Source of the DNA: Candidatus Anstonellales archaeon
Lineage (GTDB): Archaea > Micrarchaeota > Micrarchaeia > Anstonellales > J096
Direction: 5' to 3'
NCBI GenBank assembly: GCA_038896535.1
Contig: JAWACY010000005.1
Location: 1 to 16,821, forward strand
DNA length: 16,821 nucleotides
Part shown: in pieces, positions 15,601 through 16,821 of the stretch
Numbering within the stretch: position 1 is the stretch's first letter
How the letters are laid out: every line of letters begins with the position of its first letter
Notes under the pieces: model-generated
What the model was told of the DNA's origin: nothing
Seen by the model: the letters and a program-made list of their open reading frames with translations, nothing else
Database searches by the model: none
Made by a program: the position numbers and the translations under genes

Positions 15601-16821
15601 GCATAAATAATAATGGTATTTTAGCATATCTCATACAAAATTCATCAATAAATAATGTAAACAGCAATGGTAATGCAATTGCTCTTCATATTTTTGGTTC
15701 AAAAAATGTTAATGTATCAAATATAAATTCAACAAACGATAATTACGCAATAAGAGCTTCTGATAATGAGAAAGTGAAATTTAATAACATAACAATAAAA
15801 AACAGGACTGATCTATCTGGCCCATTAGCCCCACTTCTACCTAGTATTTGGGGTTCAAATGCATTAATGATTTTAGATACATTTACTCAATCAGAGCAGC
15901 CAATAAACAAAACAAATAATACAGGCATTTTATTCAATAATGTTTATATAGCAAATTCAACACCAATATTAATATCAGCAGTAACTAATATAACAAATAT
16001 AAGCATGAATGTATTATTTGACAATCCTTATGCTAATTTAACAAATTACAGCAATGTTACAATAAGAATAGATAATATAAATAATAGCAACAATACAACA
16101 ATAAATTGGGCTTCTAAACCCGCAAACTTAACAATAAATTCAACAGACATACCATCATTTTACGATAAATTTATAGAGATAAATGCAACTCCTGGCTTGA
16201 CAATAAATGAATTAACATTTTACTGGACATTAGGAGAAGAGCAGAACTTAACAAATATTAGTTTAATACAATTATGGAAATATAACGGAACAGATTGGGT
16301 TAATACAACACACACGATTAATACAACAAGCAGAAAAATAACATTATCAAATTTCAATCCTGGAAGTATATACGGCCTGTTCTATTTTAGCGGTTTTAGC
16401 CCACCACCTCCCCCTCCTCCACCTCCTCCACCAATAACGCCTCCTTCTGGCGGTGGAGAAAGAAAATTATCAATATCAACAGATTTTATTTGCCCTGATA
16501 ATGTTCTTTCAGTAATAGTTAGCGATAGAGATAATGGAGATTTAATTGAAAATGCTAGAGTTGTAGTATCAAAAAGCGATTTATCATATGTTGAAGCTAA
16601 AATGACAAATGAAAATGGAAAAGCATTATTTAATATCCCATCAAATGGAAGTTACACAATAGAAGCTAGTAAATCAGGTTATCAAAGAAAAGATATATCA
16701 GAGCAAATAACATTGTGCGAGATAAAAAATGAAACAAAAAATGAGACTAAAAATGAAACAAAACCCAAAGAAAGAATAGAAGAAATAATAGTAGAAAAAC
16801 CGCAGGAAAATAGATTGATAA
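12627..16821 (+). CDS. Very large modular cell-surface protein, at least 1398 aa and 3'-truncated by the window: signal peptide, PQQ-like beta-propeller, parallel beta-helix (NosD/PbH1-like), poly-Pro linker, CarboxypepD_reg-like domain
   Basis: Manual translation from ATG 12627 (or 12678) meets no stop before the window end, which is presumably why the track omits it. Hydrophobic MFILIIFLLSTNFLFS; DWTNLGGD; blades IYALNPDNGNIIW, VFALNLSNGNVIW, AYALNPSDG; ISDCMDITESGSY...DGNG; many NNTI...GI repeats; LWKYNGTDW; P11; TNENGKA...YTIEASKSGY. Confidence 0.9.
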   Translation, partial: MQKFDCFNHYNSAKLNFMFILIIFLLSTNFLFSPFTDEPQRPGDWTNLGGDHNQTFTSPARAPFLRKIYAVINFPNTIGYLRVWNGLLFVEGHSNANAVYVYNISNLTQYTDGRTIDHLNATILKWTGGGSGGTDAKRIFIGYNGSYNDSLLYNPSIMYAINGTNLTPLDLTAFGGSLEGDYAAIGRGDSVVALAWAKNMSVIKTAFVQATNLAGSGIVPYPIIYNKTIYASGYADSIYAYAINDSDPNNITLVLKWYNISIDVTIKTLAYDKINNRNLLIVNSVGAGTIYALNPDNGNIIWVFNITNLTGYVGGSAGQGGLDIEKGIMYGVHQQNRTVFALNLSNGNVIWWRYLNNIGGSILSLPLLTRDFLYVVEGTSDSGIAYALNPSDGSIFSALPIPGGIISGGLFPYIAVTDKLLFLSTTELGKVYVIGDDPISDCMDITESGSYVVRVDLIDKPHEICINVTVSDVFIDGNGKIVDSDGVNGKWGVYVQPGLKNVIIEGMNLTDWVNAGIGVQDSNNTIVRDNYVNNSNYGIYISGINDSKVVNNTIYNAKTSGIYITGSILSGATQNNTIANNTIYNASNYGIEVDLDNLLGVYRNIIENNTIETIINNDSSIFPAGIYLHDGGYDWNIIRRNTVNNVKGNSSAQIKAAGIYGKSINNQIINDNIIQNISSFDNSPVAGLILVTSSNNNMSNNTVKPINSGQVTLAYGLYTGSSNNIIANNTINQTVGIQIESQPIEGLSMNNIVENNTILSPMFFGIDLKGLNVISSIIRNNTCIITPPGGDCVLVESGPQNNNITENTFIGFQDFSDTNHGVVLKNQSGNNNIFNNTIINMTAAIIMIDDSDFNNITNNTIINSTFFALALGANENTNVIAYNNITGTSYIGLFLISPTSAFEASNFNLIENNTFSNSGFLDMLLVPAGPTGIEEDTCNNQINNNTGSGGNPILFLNANNNSTSISGSYSELIICGASNVTLNNIVINSPDGINNNGILAYLIQNSSINNVNSNGNAIALHIFGSKNVNVSNINSTNDNYAIRASDNEKVKFNNITIKNRTDLSGPLAPLLPSIWGSNALMILDTFTQSEQPINKTNNTGILFNNVYIANSTPILISAVTNITNISMNVLFDNPYANLTNYSNVTIRIDNINNSNNTTINWASKPANLTINSTDIPSFYDKFIEINATPGLTINELTFYWTLGEEQNLTNISLIQLWKYNGTDWVNTTHTINTTSRKITLSNFNPGSIYGLFYFSGFSPPPPPPPPPPPITPPSGGGERKLSISTDFICPDNVLSVIVSDRDNGDLIENARVVVSKSDLSYVEAKMTNENGKALFNIPSNGSYTIEASKSGYQRKDISEQITLCEIKNETKNETKNETKPKERIEEIIVEKPQENRLI
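16401..16433 (+). repeat. Run of 11 consecutive proline codons
   Basis: CCA CCA CCT CCC CCT CCT CCA CCT CCT CCA CCA, followed by ITPPSGGG. Confidence 0.95.
16725..16760 (+). repeat. In-frame 12-bp repeat x3 encoding KNET KNET KNET
   Basis: AAAAATGAAACA AAAAATGAGACT AAAAATGAAACA. Each unit contains an N-x-T sequon. Confidence 0.85.

Overview
AT-rich archaeal chromosomal segment; gene content and style suggest a DPANN lineage such as Micrarchaeota (inference, not proven). Left to right: the 5' end of a minus-strand gene cut by the window edge; a minus-strand pair of patatin-like phospholipase and TraB/GumN (TIKI)-like protein; divergent ftsZ (FtsZ2-like, with GGGTGGG in place of GGGTG[T/S]G); a repeat-rich intergenic region with a probable gene remnant; a membrane-anchored HExxH metalloprotease converging on tRNA-Val(GAC); a small hypothetical gene; a secreted, membrane-anchored Lon-type (S16) protease without an ATPase domain, overlapping a hypothetical gene; a single-domain KaiC-like ATPase abutting ileS; and an open frame of at least 1398 codons (12627 to the window end) that the ORF track missed, encoding a modular surface protein (PQQ-like beta-propeller, long beta-helix, poly-Pro linker, CarboxypepD_reg-like domain). 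I saw no CRISPR array, transposase or integrase and cannot demonstrate a new system. The best leads are the giant surface protein, the patatin/TraB pair, the many two-copy tandem duplications (units divisible by 3 inside genes) and motif variants in FtsZ and IleRS.
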